This document shows positions 34,195 through 34,274 of a stretch of DNA of 34,274 bases, piece after piece. The DNA is taken from assembly GCA_002726395.1 (NCBI GenBank), contig PBTA01000066.1, forward strand, positions 18,166 to 52,439. Reading direction: 5' to 3'. The stretch's first letter is position 1. The number at the start of each line of letters is the position of its first letter. The notes under the pieces are model-generated. The model had not been told where the DNA came from, ran no database searches, and was given only the letters and a program-made list of their open reading frames with translations. The stretch is from Methanobacteriota archaeon. Its GTDB lineage: Archaea > Thermoplasmatota > Poseidoniia > Poseidoniales > Poseidoniaceae. The translations under genes were made by a program, and so were the position numbers.

Positions 34195-34274
34195 GAAAAC
34201 TCCTCTAACTTACCCTACGCTGGCAAGCAATATAATACTGCTCTAATGTTGAGGATTTTTATAATATCAAAATC

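Overview
A densely packed, AT-rich archaeal chromosomal segment with 23 supportable CDSs. I found no rRNA, tRNA, CRISPR array or mobile element. Archaeal GluRS, uS15 (S13e-type) and archaeosine synthase sit beside bacterial-type DnaJ and YycJ-like genes and large acidic surface proteins. This best fits Thermoplasmatota, probably Marine Group II (Ca. Poseidoniales); the taxonomy is inferred. The left half is mostly housekeeping: gltX, a CBS protein, a degenerate GAN/RecJ-like gene next to rps15, arcS, dnaJ, a GT2, a UPF0201 protein, a pyroglutamyl-peptidase/NUDIX fusion and a lipoprotein metalloprotease. The right half (16.7-34.2 kb) is a cell-surface block. It encodes a ~1900-aa DxDGDG Ca-binding repeat protein with an inserted beta-propeller, a translationally coupled trio of type IV pilin-like genes preceded by a perfect palindrome, a wHTH-STAND(NB-ARC-like)-TPR regulator, and a 1466-aa beta-helix/Ig-repeat membrane-anchored protein. 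The best candidates for something undescribed are the pilin/adhesin operon with its neighbouring NLR-like regulator, the catalytically degenerate GAN/Cdc45 positional orthologue, the Pcp-NUDIX fusion, and a recurrent non-canonical T[GC]AA promoter-like element. All domain calls come from reading motifs by eye; no searches were run.
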